Source of the DNA: Octopus vulgaris
Taxonomy: Eukaryota
Reading direction: 5' to 3'
Assembly (NCBI GenBank): GCA_951406725.2
Contig: OX597814.1
Coordinates: 183,396,001 to 183,460,000 of the forward strand
Length of the DNA stretch: 64,000 nucleotides
Under the pieces are notes generated by a model that saw only the letters and a program-made list of their open reading frames with translations, did not search any database and was not told the origin of the DNA. Positions within the stretch are counted from its first letter, which is position 1. Each line of letters opens with the position of its first letter. The position numbers and the translations under genes are program-made. Shown in pieces: positions 38,665 to 52,560 of this stretch.

Positions 38665-39662
38665 TGTAGCTACGAATATTTATCTATCGTTTGCTCTATA
38701 TTTTTTTCTTGTCTTCTTTTCTGTCTTTCTTTTGTATGAGTTTCAGCACAAAGTCTATGGTCTTGCTGATATTAGAGTAGCTACTGTTACTGCCATGAAT
38801 TTGAACAAAAAAGACGCATCAAGTTATTTTAAACAACATACACTATATTAATTTCACTTCACTTCTATCGAAGGTAAATGAATAACTTGGGAGCAACTCT
38901 GAATGAAAAGTAGAGATAACATCATAACACACACACACTCCTGCACTCATATATGGCTACAGACGCAAAGCGAATTACACACAAGCAAGTTTACACACTA
39001 AGAGAAACGAGCACAGATACATTTCGGAGATTTATCGTGAATATTTGTAACAGTCTGCATTTTATTCAATATATAATAATATTTAAGCTGCATATATGCA
39101 GTGACACCGCCTATTGTCGACTATATTAACCCCAAGAACCTCTTGAGAGTTAGTTACTTTACTCAGACGCTGAGAGCCAAGGCAAAGATTTGAATTCTGC
39201 TCTTGAATCGACTTAAAACCAAATACAAGATATTGTGAGCGATGAACTAATGGCATTCCTGTGTATTATCGTTGGCCTTTAGACATATATCATGTTTTCC
39301 TCTTTTAAGCATCACCGATTTAGATTCACAAGAGACAAATTTCTCAGAGTAATAATGGTATTTTAATCACTTGCCTATTATGATATAAAGAGTTCATTAG
39401 CAACCCCAGGAGTTGTAAAATAGCCCTTCGCCTGATACCATTTTTATTGGTTCTTATATAGAATGATATTGTTTGCTGAAAATTAATGACGAAATGGAGA
39501 AAATTCTGTAATGTATTTCGAGTTTACATTTATTTTGTGGTGATAGTGCTTCGATATTTAAACTATGGTACTGTATGTAGATATATGTATCTGATATGGG
39601 TGCCTACACACATTTATGCAAACCTACCCGAATACGCACCATTATTCTTACATAGATACATA

Positions 39663-39717
<55 letters not shown>

Positions 39718-41049
39718 ACACACAAACATACACACATACACGCACAAACACATACATGATTATGCACATATACATTTAAGCATTACGGACAAATTTATAA
39801 ATACATGATATAGTTTATGTAGTTATATAAATATATAAATATGTATATACGTGTGTATATACATCTCTACCATTCTATCCCCATGTTTTTTTGGATACGT
39901 ATGTATGTTTTAGTATGTCAGCGCATGTATAGTTGCGTAATTATGTCTACAGAAATTCACGCGTACTATCTCTCTCTCTCTCTCTCTCTCTCACACACGC
40001 GCGCGCACACACACACAGAGGCATACACAAACATACATGCGCTTGTGTATGTTGTTGTTACATACAAGCATAGGTGTGATTTCGTGCATAATATTGATTG
40101 ATTCGTTTTCCTCATTCTTATATCAAACGAGTAGAATATTCGGGACATCATATTTGATCTGCTTTGCATAATAACAAGTCATACATTTATAAATATCTAC
40201 AAACTCTTTAGGGCGATGAGAACCTTAAACTCCAGAAGACGAATCACTCGTCAATTATACAGTTCTCCTGCATAATAAAACTGCATAAAAATGAATCATC
40301 CTGTCATCTATTTATAACAGAGAATACAGTTAAAGAAAAAGTATTTATGAGTCCTCAAATTACGTTTATGGTTTAGTCGGGTCAAGGATGAATTGCAGTC
40401 GGCGGGTCTTTCTGAATGTCGCGCCTATTGAGAAATTACCATGAAACTGTGTTTTAATAGTGAGGGCCGCGTGATGATGAGTCATTTCACATGCTGTTCG
40501 CTACTCGAAAATGTTTGCCATGACTGGTTTAGTGAAACGAGGAAAGGTAATCCGTGTGATTCATGTTCAATGCCAATGCCAATGGCGGGAAAGAAAAATG
40601 GGCAGAAATTTTGCTTGCTATAAACCAGGCTCTTTTAAATACACTCAAGTCTTAGTGGTGTTAATAAAAATAATCCTTTCTATTATAGGCACAAGGCCCA
40701 AAATTTTAAGATCGTCCATTAGTGTTGAGCACAGGCATAATTAAGCATCACTTTTAGGAGCCTGCTAAATTGATTATATCAGTTACTATTCTTGTATTAT
40801 CTATATGGTATTCTGTATACCGCCATGCACTGATATCCATCCTTCAGCTTGTACAAGGTTTCAGTTATTTATAAACGAGTATAGATATAAAAGGTAAACA
40901 AATGTGTATAACATGAACTTAGAGCAAGTATTAGATACAATATCAGTGCGTGTGTTGCTTCTCATTAATGTCATTTCTTGCATATACTGTAATTGTTATT
41001 CTATATCAAAAGATATTGCACTGGTTTACAATGGATGTTGGAAAATACA

Positions 41050-41800
41050 TGCTTCTTTGAACTGACTACAAAGTGAAATTACTTTCTTTGGGATAACGGT
41101 AGATCAATTGTTTTATACATTTATTCGACTATGTGGGAATATACTAAGAACATACCTGTTGGTAATGTATGAGGTAACTCGAAAATCTCGTGTGGTTTGG
41201 GCGATAACTATAACATAGAGGCAGAAGAGGATATTCTAATTTACGGACAAGTAGGTAAATTCACTTGGAGACACAAGATATTATGGTTATATACTAGAGG
41301 AGTCCAAGATTAGTATAGCTTTTTGAACTGTTTGTAAAGGACCATGTTTGAAATGTATCTGGACGCTGCTGTATGAGAAATGACGGACTGAATGATTAGG
41401 AAACAGAAAGGGGGCAAATGGAAGTTGAAGATTAGGTTTAGTTCTTTGAACTTTCTAATGGGTTTTGATAGATTGTTAGGTTTAAATGGTAGGAATGTCT
41501 ATAACTGTAATTTGTCTATAGCATCTGCATAGAGGTATTTCTGAGTTTCTACGACTGAGTGTAAATTCTTAGAAGAGTGAAATAAGATAGTAGATAGTGG
41601 AAGACCTGTCCGGCTTGATCCGGCGAATGCCATAGTGCTAAATGGCAACTAACAGAATTTTACAAGTGGACATAATGATTTTATCTTCATGGGGTCTGAT
41701 AAATATATCCTTTATCAGAAAGGCTACATTTTCCTCACAGCATGTGTAGAGAGGTGTCTTGTGTTTGGAGCTAAAATTTAGGCAATGAAGAACGTTATTC
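41050..41800 (-). pseudogene. Very decayed Penelope-like RT thumb/EN remnant
   Basis: Minus strand ENVAFL..DIFI followed by IKPDRSSTIYYL resembles the LPFLD..YxKPTD motifs. Heavily disrupted. Confidence 0.35.
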
Positions 41801-42094
41801 AGCATCGTTTGTACGGCCCAAAAAAATCTCACGGCTTTAGCACAAGTCTACAGAGGAGATTTATAGACATATTTCACTCACCTATGCAATTGCTGCAGAA
41901 GTTTGGTTTTCTGGGCATTGCTGTCGATATCGGATGTTATACATTGAAATCTTTGCCCTGTTTAAGAGTACAAAGATGTACTGTCGAAGCCAAAGATGCT
42001 TTTGGCAGAGGCACACAACATGGAACTATAAAAACCCATAAGAACATAAATGGTTTGCATGATGTGGTGAAACGATTGTGGCTACCCGAAGAAG

Positions 42095-42136
<42 letters not shown>

Positions 42137-42775
42137 TATGTATATAGTCCGAATACATATATATATAATACAAAAGGTATTTGGGGTTAGCTGTTGTCTG
42201 TGAAAATAGAGACATATATATGTAGATGGATAAAAGTATATATGTGTATGCTATAAGATTATACATATTTTATGTGTGTGCATACGTGTGTATGTGATTG
42301 TGTGTGCTTGTACTTAAGTATAGACATGTTTATATTTTCATGTAAGCTATTGTATCTGTTTACACTTAGACTGTGGTGAAAGGAAGATACACATATACAC
42401 ATACATTTACATATACATACACATATACACATACAGATACATTTACAATCATACGTAAATTCTCAGGTGCATGCATACATACATACGTACACATCTGCAC
42501 TGATTGATGTACCGCAACTATCTGTACAGAATCTCACACGCGAGGAACGATGGGTCGAAACGATTGTAGAGATTACTAAAGAGCCTCGTGAATTCCATTT
42601 TCTTTCTCTTTCTCTTTCTCTCTCTCACACACATACACACACACACACATATATATGCACGCACACGCGCGCGCACTTACATACATATACACAGATATAT
42701 ATTTAATATATTGAGTAATTCAACTATATTGTGTTTACACATGTTAATGCTGTTAAATGCATACATACATATACT

Positions 42776-43382
42776 CTCTTTTTACTCTTTTACTTGTTTC
42801 AGTCATTTGACTGTGGCCATGCTAGAGCACTGCCTTTAGTCGAGCAAATCGACCCCAGGACTTATTCCTTGTAAGCCTAGTACTTATTCTATCGGTCTCT
42901 TTTGTCGAACCGCTAAGTTACGGTGACGTAAACACCTCAGCATCGGTTGTCAAGTGATGTTGGGGGGACAAACACAGACACACAAACATATACACACACA
43001 TATATATAGGACGCCATGATTGATCGTTAGCTCCTACACGCATTTTTCTCTCCTTGTTTTTTTCTGTGTATCTTTCTGTCGAAGAGCGTAGGCTCGAAAC
43101 GTAAAAGACTTTTTTCTATTCCTGAGCGCTATACTAATACATTTGTTTGTTTGTACTCCACCTGCCTTCGTCTTTTGTTTATTTTCGTAAACTTTCCCTT
43201 TATATATATATACATATATACGACGGGCTTGTTTCAGTTTCCGTCTCCCAAATCCACTCACAAGGCTTTGGTCGGCCCGAGGCCATAATCTAAGACACTT
43301 ATCCAGGTGCTATGCATTGGGACTGAACCCGGAACCATGTGGTTGGTAAACAAGCTACTTACCACACAGCCACTCCTACGCC
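42776..43382 (-). mobile_element. SINE family A with a nested hammerhead element
   Basis: 3' half at 42776-43008 and 5' half at 43201-43382. Foreign sequence 43009-43200 lies inside the internal TA/CA microsatellite. Confidence 0.9.
43009..43200 (+). mobile_element. Short PLE-like element, family H1, with hammerhead motif at 43071-43108
   Basis: TCTTT-CTGTCGA-A-GAGC-GTAG-GCTC-GAAA-CG-TA-AAAGA. Stems I and II intact, core A6 mutated to T. Confidence 0.75.
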
Positions 43383-44025
43383 TATACATACATACCGCTA
43401 TATAAAATTTAAGTATCTGCGGAAGTATATGCAAGACATGGTAGTTTAAAATAAACGTTTGTCTTCTTTGTGATTATTAATAACACAGTATTATAAAACC
43501 ACTTTTTTCCTTCCCATTAACGCGACCATGTTGTATTCTATAGCAGCAAAATATAGAATAAAAATATAAATGCCCTGACTATTTTCTCTTTGTTTTGAGA
43601 AATTCTTAAACTGGACCATTGCATTAATATATTTCCATATTATACTCCATATCAATTTTGCTTTACACAAGAATGCATTTTCATCGTTGCCAGTAAAGAA
43701 ATAAGTTATTTAGATATAAGAAATCAATAGTAGAACACCAGATGTTGTCTGGCCAATAATGGGCTAAACGGATTTATGGGTCCCTGAATTAACGCTGAAA
43801 TTGCAGTTTACCAAGCTGTTACCAAACACCTATCTCAAAGACAGACAGAAAAATAATGAAAATGATAACGTTTGAAAAGTAGATGAGAAGGAAAGACTGA
43901 TGAGAACAGGGCAAGCACTAACAACCAATCTATCTCAGCAATCAACAATCATTTTCTGATCAGTATTTTGATATGTGGTATGTACTATATGTACATATCT
44001 ATCTATCTGCCTATCTATCTATCTG

Positions 44026-44086
<61 letters not shown>

Positions 44087-44372
44087 ATCTGTCTGTCTGA
44101 CTATCTATCTATATCTGTCTCTCTGTCTGTCTGTCTGTCTCTCTCTCTATCTGTCTCTCTCTCTCTATCTGTCTCTCTCTCTGTCTCTCTCTGTCTGTCT
44201 CTCTGTCTGTCTCTCTATCTGTCTCTCTATCTATCTGTCTGTCCGTCTGTCTCTCTGTCTGTCTCTCTGTCTGTCTGTCTCTCTGTCACTCTGTCTGTCC
44301 CTCTGTCTCTGTCTGTCTGTGTGTATATCTATATCTATATATCTATGTATGTGTACAAACACACATATACAT

Positions 44373-44403
<31 letters not shown>

Positions 44404-45109
44404 TACATACATACATACATACATACATACATACATACATACATACATACATACATACATACATACATACATACATACATACATGGTGTGCTTGCTCATG
44501 CAAGTAAGTGTACCCGTGTCTATGTATATGTATTATATTCACGCCGTATTACGTTACGTGCTTCCTAAATGTTGCATGAAAATATTCGACCGGATTCGCT
44601 TGCATTCACGCTCTACATCTACGTAATACATATTTCCGAATTTTTCAATAAAACATTGAGTGAATATTTATATTTACAACATTACAAATATAAACCACTC
44701 ACGACGGTTCAACCATAATGTTCTATAAACATCTGATCCTACAGAGGATCGTCTGTGCGTCGTTCTATTCCTATGACTACGTGTTTTTAATCCTGCTTAA
44801 AACGACATACGACTCTAGACAAAGCGTCTAGAATCGTATGCCATTATATAATGTAATATTTTAATATATTAACCACAATTTTTAGCAACCCTGCAATGTT
44901 TATTTTACACGGAAGTTTTCACAAATTAGAATCGCCTGAATTGATTCAACATCTTCCATGTACGATACCCCATCTACCTACCTACCTACCTACCTACATA
45001 TATACATACACCCCAAACACAAGCTCATCATTTTCAGCATCTTAAACCGTAAATTCGATACAATTTTTCTTCGATTTTTCGCTCTCTCTCCATTCTTTTT
45101 TTCTCATCC

Positions 45110-45145
45110 CTTTCTGACGAAGAGAATAAACTCGAAACGTCAAAG
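45110..45145 (+). ncRNA. Minimal type I hammerhead ribozyme motif, intact core
   Basis: CTTT-CTGACGA-A-GAG-AATAAA-CTC-GAAA-CG-TC-AAAG. Stem I CTTT/AAAG, palindromic stem III ACGT, GUC cleavage triplet. Confidence 0.72.
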
Positions 45146-45223
45146 ATTTTCCCATTTTTCTCGCGCATCAAATTTGCGTGTTGTTCTTTCACTTGTCTTT
45201 GATTTTTGTTTTCTGTACATTTC

Positions 45224-45278
<55 letters not shown>

Positions 45279-45280
<2 letters not shown>

Positions 45281-45490
45281 AAGAATTCACAAAAAAGAAA
45301 CAAAAGACGAAGACAGGTGGTGTACAACACAAATAGATGTATTAGTATAACGCTCAGGAACAGAAAAAGTCTTTTACGTTTCGAGCGGAGCTCTTTGTGA
45401 GAAATATAGAAAAAGAGAAAAAGTCCAAAGAAGGGAAGACGGAGAAAGCAAATCGTCAACTATACACAGGCGGTCACATATTGAAAAGAA
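45279..45490 (-). mobile_element. Family H1 element with decayed hammerhead
   Basis: Reverse complement resembles 43030-43200 (TTTTACGTTTCGAGCGGAGCTCTT). Its 3' end abuts the (TA)n at 45227-45278. Confidence 0.75.
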
Positions 45491-45566
45491 AAAGAGAAAA
45501 TATATAAAACGAAGTATGCATTACATTTCTAAATCTCTCAGAGAGACTTATACAGTAGCAGTACGA

Positions 45567-45703
45567 TAAAGTGATGGTATGTTGCCAACTTAATGTGGCA
45601 GTCCCATGAAAAAGAAGAATGATGTTTCCTAGGGCTAAATAGCAGTAGCATTCTTCCCTTTCATGAGACTGCCACATTAAGTTGGCAACATACCATCACT
45701 TTA
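45567..45703. repeat. Fold-back inverted repeat
   Basis: About 55-bp arms at 45567-45621 and 45649-45703. The outer 37 bp are perfect. Confidence 0.9.
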
Positions 45704-45945
45704 AAGTTATTATATTCTACACAGGTAGAAATTTAGCAAAATGCACCGAGAGTAGTTAAAATATTTTTTATTAATATATTTGAAGCTGAAACCCGTTTCA
45801 AAGTTTACACTGATAATGTTTAAAACTTAAGTAAAATACCTATTTTTTTAATCAAATATAACTAGTCCTGGCACTTTTAGATAACTCTTCATGCGATGAT
45901 TTGAGAAGCTGTGACGAGTGACAATTCTGTAAATAATAATTTATA

Positions 45946-46150
45946 ATCTGTTGTGTCTGGGGAGAGCCATTCTCTTTTAGTGCCTTATAACTTAACACAC
46001 ACACCGGTAAAATTTCCACTTATTTCTTTTTTATTTCTCTAAAATTTTACGTTGCATCTGACAACCTTTTCAATAGTGGAAATTTAACCGGTGAGTGTGT
46101 TAAATCATAAGGCACTAAAAGAGAATGACTCTCCCCTTACGCAATAGAAT
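45946..46150. repeat. Inverted partial duplication of a dispersed repeat
   Basis: Arms at 45959-46020 and 46075-46136. The left arm plus loop recurs, without the inverted half, at 48961-49093. Confidence 0.85.
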
Positions 46151-46205
46151 ATACTTCAACACACGAACTCACATAAAGAATCTTGCAAACCAGATCCCAA
46201 AGCGA

Positions 46206-46921
46206 AATATTCTATAAGCTTAAAGCTTATGACCAATCATCGTGCAGTGACTAAAGAAAATAGTCTAATACTGTGGCATATAAGCCCTCGACGGAAAAAA
46301 GTGGGGTTTCCGTAGGATCAGATGTTTATAGAATATGCCCCAATATTAGACTGTTTTCTTTAGTCAATACACGGTAATCTATATATATAAAACTGTAGTT
46401 GTGTGAGTGTCTGTCCCCTTCGATTTAGATTCCTAACTACTCCCACATTTTGCGGTGCAGTTTAACCAAATTCGGGTATCTTATAGTCGTGATTCATATC
46501 GAGCCCGTCTGAGTATTAGCGTGCGTCTAGGATGAGTCTACGATTTTAAAAATAATTTAACATCATTTTTTATTCCATTTTAATGCATAATTTTTCGTGT
46601 GTCGATGGCGGCGGAGTTGGCGTCCATGGTCACACCTGCACCTGTTTGCTTCTCCCCCTTCTTCCCTCCCTCGTGAAGCTGTGGGGAAGGGAGTGTAAGG
46701 AAATCAACGTCGTAAAGCGTTGTCAAGGAGACCAGCGTTCTTTTAGAACAACGACTTCATGGCTTGAAGACACCAAAACAGAAATGGCTAAGAAAGCCCG
46801 AATTGGCATCTATAAGGGAAGTAACTCTCTAAAAATGCTTATATAGTTATTTCCCTTACAAACCCGAGCAACGCCGGGCGATAATGCTAGTAGCTTATAA
46901 GCTTTGAACTTATAAAACATT
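46206..46921. mobile_element. MITE-like inverted-repeat element interrupted by a Helitron
   Basis: Left arm 46206-46280 pairs with 46334-46377 joined to 46891-46921 once the Helitron is removed. Confidence 0.65.
46378..46890 (+). mobile_element. Non-autonomous Helitron
   Basis: A|TCTATATATATAAAA 5' end, hairpin CCCGAGCAACGCCGGG, CTAG|T 3' end. The last ~70 bp are near-identical to 34255-34323. Confidence 0.88.
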
Positions 46922-48499
46922 ATTATTTACAGGATATACACATACACACACACGCACACACACACATATCTGTTGAGCATTTCGCGTCGGAACCATACAT
47001 ACATACATACAAAGATACATACATACATACATACATACATACATACATTCAAACGAACATACAAACATGTATACACACCCATACATAACACTACTTTCAA
47101 GCCTTTATCAATCTCTCTGGCTCTCTCTCTCTTCCTTCTTTGCCCCATCTCTCTCCTTCGATAGATACACCCCCACACATATACATGATGAAACGTTTGT
47201 ATATTCACCTTGTACTCCTAAATGGATGCAATACTTTATGCATATTTTCTAATTTCACATCTCATACTTTTGGTCCTTTGTTTTTTTTGTGAAGCTGTCG
47301 GAGTGTCTCCACTACCCCTAATATGCTGAATCACTGTGTTTTATTATTCTTTCTCTTCGTGCTCCTCATTGCCCTTCATTGAAAAGTGCTTCAGTTATGG
47401 TCTTTGTTTTCCTCTCTGGTTCTCCTATCACTAGCTGTTTGTCCACCTTCTTCTCCATCTCTCACTCTGTTACTCACAAATCTTGCTGTCTCTATTCTAC
47501 TCTCTTTCACTCCTATTTCCTTTATATCTCTCACATTTGACTAATAATTTCTCTCTTCTGTATCACTCTGTTTCACTTTCTTTTCTTTCCCTCTCTCTCT
47601 CTTATCCTCTGTGTTACTATTTACTACCCACACTGGTATCTCTTTCTCTATCTCCCTTACTATGTCTTTCTTTTACATCGCTTTCTATCTCTCTCATTAC
47701 CTTATTTCTCTCCCCTTCGTTTGCATTTTACATCTCCAATCATTCGAATTAGATAGTCGGCGCCCGCGTAGACAATATCCTTTTATTCTTTCTTTTATCT
47801 CTCAATTGTTTTTTTTTTTTCATTTAAAACTAAATTATTTCAAACTCTCTTTAATTTACAATTGCGTTTTTTATTGATGGGCAGTGAATCGATGATAAAG
47901 TTGAAAAATATATTCCTTTGTGGCCACAATTTGATCTCGCACCCATAATATTCGTCTTTTAGCATAAATGAATGAATCTCAACTAAGTAATATTTTTCAA
48001 TAGCTTGTGGGTCATAGGTAGCTTAATCACCAACAATACTACTGAAGTAAAATTTTATGGGTACAAGTTCAAATTACTGTCACGGTCATATATTGCGATT
48101 CGCTAAAGTGTCGATGTCATAAAAAAATACCACGGTTGAAACTGTCACACAAATATAGAGTTCTCTGATGCCAAACATGAAAGGGCTTTCTGTGCAGCAG
48201 AAGCAGATGAGCAACAACAACTGTTGTAGGCTAATGTTTTGTATTCTAAGATTTACTAGTCACTTTCGATATGTACACAGACACAAAATACAAATATGTA
48301 CACCTTTTCGCCCTCCCAGAATACTTCTTTACATTTATCCGGTACTCCAGGTGAAAAACAAATCAAGATTAAATAATTCTAAGGCACATATATTGCCTGT
48401 CAGGTTGTCAGAATTAGAGTTTTTCATTGAAAACTTATTGACACACTTTTATCTAACTAACATTTAAGATAAAGTAATTTAAATTTATTCTAGTCTATC

Positions 48500-50600
48500 A
48501 GCAGAACTTTCATACTTCCATACATCTTTGTTGGCAGGACTGAAATAATCCAGTTATATAGATTTAGTCTTGCACTTAAACATGTGTATAATAAATCCTG
48601 CTCTTCAATGAGCAAAGATAAAAAGCTATTAGATATTGTTAAAACTCAGTTGGTTTACGGTTCCTGTGGTGCATTCATCAAGAATTCACCTTGTCTGGAA
48701 GATTAAAAGGCAGATGAATATAAGAATACATTCTTTCTGAAGAATAGAATCAGAATATGGGGTGTTCCAAACCTTAGTTGCATAACTTCAAATTGACAAT
48801 AGATGGGTTGTTCTTTACTGATATGGTCATTGAAAGTGCACATATAGTTCTGCAATTCAATAAATTTCAACATATATGCTTGTATCAAGAAAGGCTCTGC
48901 AATATTGTTCTAATATAATAAATCTGTCTCGATGAATTTCCCCTATTCCATCAGGCGCATTCTGTTGTGTCTGGGGAGAGTCATTTTCTTTTTGTGCCTT
49001 ATCATTTAACACACTCACCGGTAAAATTTCCACTTATTTCTTATTCTTATTTCCCTAAAATTTTCGTTGCGTCTTGCAACCTTTTCAATAGTCTTATATC
49101 AGCAGCTATGAGGCTTTCTGACCTTTTTGTTTTTAATTTCACGGAAGGTAACCCAGCATTAAACAACTTGCTGTTCGCTTGGTGGGTCAAATTACTGTAG
49201 CTCATCAATTGTTGTGCAGTATGCACAACACGCAAAGAAAATAATTTACAACCTTATTTCATTTTATGACAATACGATCATTTTTCAAAAACATTGCTAT
49301 AGCAATGGAACAATAGCAATGGAAACCATAGCAAGTTGCTTCTGCTGAAAGATTATAGTTGATAAAATTTCACAATTTTCTCAGAAGTGTATATAGGATA
49401 ACCCAAATCAACATAGATACTTTTTGTACTTCTTAATGAAGTGTAAAGGCAAACTTCGAAAAGTCAATAGCGATGTTTGTAACGCTTTCAGACTTAAATT
49501 GCAAAGCTTAAATTATAAGAGGATAATGCTCAATGGAATAATTTCGCCTAAGTCAGAAGCTTATTTCCGTCATATTGTAAAAATGTATAATACACAGTTT
49601 GCTCAAACTTTGGTTCAAATATCATGTTCATCATATGAACGATTACAAGTATGAAGCTCCATGGATGTAGCCCGACATATAAACAAGACACACACTGAGA
49701 GTAATTACGAGGAAATAAACGGTTAACATAAAAAACACGGTCTCCATGGCATTTTCTAATTTCAGGATACTCAGAAACTTGAGCAAAAATCGGCTTGTGT
49801 CGGCTTGTGTCGGCTTGTATCTTGGCCAAGATATCAGATATCAAGAATCAATGAAGCTCCTAAAAGATACCAGATAATCGTTTTGGACAAATCTACAATG
49901 AGAAAGCTGAATCGATTTGATAACACTTTGAACGAGTTACAATATTGAAACTGTTTATGTACATGACTGTCTGTATTTTTGGAAATAAGATGTCTAGTCC
50001 ACTTTCAAAATTCTTTTTACATTTTGAGGCGTAGACATATCTTTCTGGTATTGATGTCATCATGTATCCAACTATCATAAACAAAGTGTTTCAAACAACG
50101 CTGTAACTGACGTCGAGCGTCTTTCCAACCGGCAACATTACAAACTGTCAAAGAATAGTATAGAGTTATACCCAAAATTACACTCATGATAAGAGAGATG
50201 CTCTTTTGGCTAAGAACACTTCAGCTTGCCATATCAATTGACTACTCACATGGAAAGGGGGCTTTAACAGTTATTGGACTGCACCTTAGGGATCCTGTTT
50301 GCTAGTAATCAATTGCTTTGTAGTATTCCAAAGAGTAGAAACCTGCTGTGATCTCTTGTTCGTGGCTCTGCTGGTAAGATAAAAACGCAATGTGCGTCCT
50401 AAGCTACTGGTCTAACGCTGTTCTGAATTTCCAAAGCTATGTTAGTTACAGATGTCATATCATTTAAGCTGGGGCTAGTCGCAGCTCAATATATATTTTC
50501 TCTATCGTTTGCTGCTGGCAAGATACATTTCAATGTGCGAATTTCCTCCAGGTTCTCAGATTTCCTCATGATATAAGAATGATTTATTTTAGTTTCGGGT
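48500..50600 (-). pseudogene. Very old CR1/L2/Jockey-like LINE RT remnants, interrupted
   Basis: Minus-strand traces in RT order: an LDFxxAFD-like motif near 50410-50440, a GxPQGxV-like motif near 50280-50300, and SYATKVWN (EYAxxVWxP-like) near 48760-48790. Confidence 0.35.
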
Positions 50601-50921
50601 GAACCTCCCGATATTCTGGTTGCAACTCATTTTTCAGTTATTTCAAGAATTAACGTGTTTATTCAATAAAACGAAATACTGTGCTCAATAGTAGTTTCAA
50701 AGGAAATAAATGTGTTTCATTTAATCAAATAAACTACGAAATGTACCATAATATTGCATGTGTACTTGTAATACTGTACATTAGACACTGGGATTATATA
50801 AAAGCAGGGAAAAACAATTTCATCTAAGAGATGAAAAGACACTTTTCATAAGAAATCCAGTAGTGTCCTATTAAACTTCTATAGTTATTTTTTTCTGTTC
50901 GAAGAATAGAGGGTAATTTCT

Positions 50922-50968
<47 letters not shown>

Positions 50969-51788
50969 CTGTGTGTGTGTGCTTGTACGTATGAATGTAT
51001 ACTCACACGGACACACATATATATCACATAAATAAGATTTACACTGAACTGGAAAATGGTCAAAATATCTTCACGTATACTTTAATAAGACGGTAGCTTA
51101 CTTTTCCCAGACTAGCACGCAATCAACTGGTTATACTGTTATTGATTTCTGAAGTCTCTCGCTGTTTTCTCATTACATAGAATTGTATTCGAATATTATA
51201 TCAGTAGGTGAGGTTTGTTGCTTCTTGCATTTAAATAGGACGAGATATATAGACATCACCTTTTACCCTATACCAGCACAAATGCATACATACATACATA
51301 CATACATATATACATAGATGCATGAAAGTTCACACAAATACACACTCATGAACAAACACGCGGTCACGAAAATACTCATACACACGAACATGCACAAACA
51401 TATATCTAAATAGACTGAAGGCTGGATTGATGTACATCGCACAAACACACGAAGAAAAAAAATGCTGCTGATTGCATGAATATATTTAGATATGTTTTTA
51501 ATCATGATACGTATGAGTGTACCTATGCATGTCTTTTGATGTATATGTACTCATGACATACGGGTTAACACGCGCACACAGACATACATACATAAATACA
51601 TATATCTTGTTATCTGTATACTGTAACATATCTGTGTGGTTGAAACTTCAAAAAGTTGCATATGCGTTCCATTATATCTTGTTTCTAAGGTGATTTACCG
51701 TTTGTAATAAAATCCATAAACTTGATAAATAAACATAATGTATAGAGACGTATGCATATATGTATTTCCAGGTACACATACTCATATG

Positions 51789-51844
<56 letters not shown>

Positions 51845-51850
<6 letters not shown>

Positions 51851-52062
51851 TAATCCAAACAAGAAAACACAGAAAAATAGAGAAAAAAACACAGCAACGC
51901 AAGACGTGGAACAATTAAAGTATTATTGACGCTCAGGAAAGAAAGGAAGGAGGGTTTAACGTTTCGAGCGGAGCTCTTCGTCGGAAACAAGGAGAAGGAA
52001 AGATCCCAAGGAGGGAAGACAGAGGAGAAAATATTTGAGCTGGTGGTGCTCAAGAGATCACA
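51845..52062 (-). mobile_element. Family H1 element with hammerhead motif at 51954-51988
   Basis: Minus strand reads GTTT-CCGACGA-A-GAGC-TCC-GCTC-GAAA-CG-TT-AAAC. (TA)n on both sides. Confidence 0.8.
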
Positions 52063-52388
52063 TATATATATATATATATATAATTTAAATAATGAGAGAG
52101 ATAAATTGAATATTAATTTAATTAATATCAATTTAAATCCAGTAGCCAAGCGTATAAAAAAGCTGAAAAATCAGAAATAATTTCGATACATGGGTATATT
52201 TAGGGAAATTCCTAGGTGGATAACCATACGCTAGAAGAAAATCACATGCGATCTAACTACAAAGAAAAAAATGTTCTACTGAGAAAATTCAGCGAACACC
52301 TGAACATCAGCGGGCAAGACAGATGAAAATTAAATAAAAATCAAGAATTTAAGAACTCTTGATTTTTATCTAGTGGTTTCTCTAAACT

Positions 52389-52456
<68 letters not shown>

Positions 52457-52560
52457 CTAATGAGGATAAAATTTCTTTCTAAAAAAATTTTTTTTTCGAA
52501 AAAATTTTTATCAATGGCCAGCATATTAAGTAAGTATCTCATTTATTTCTTTTGCCACAT

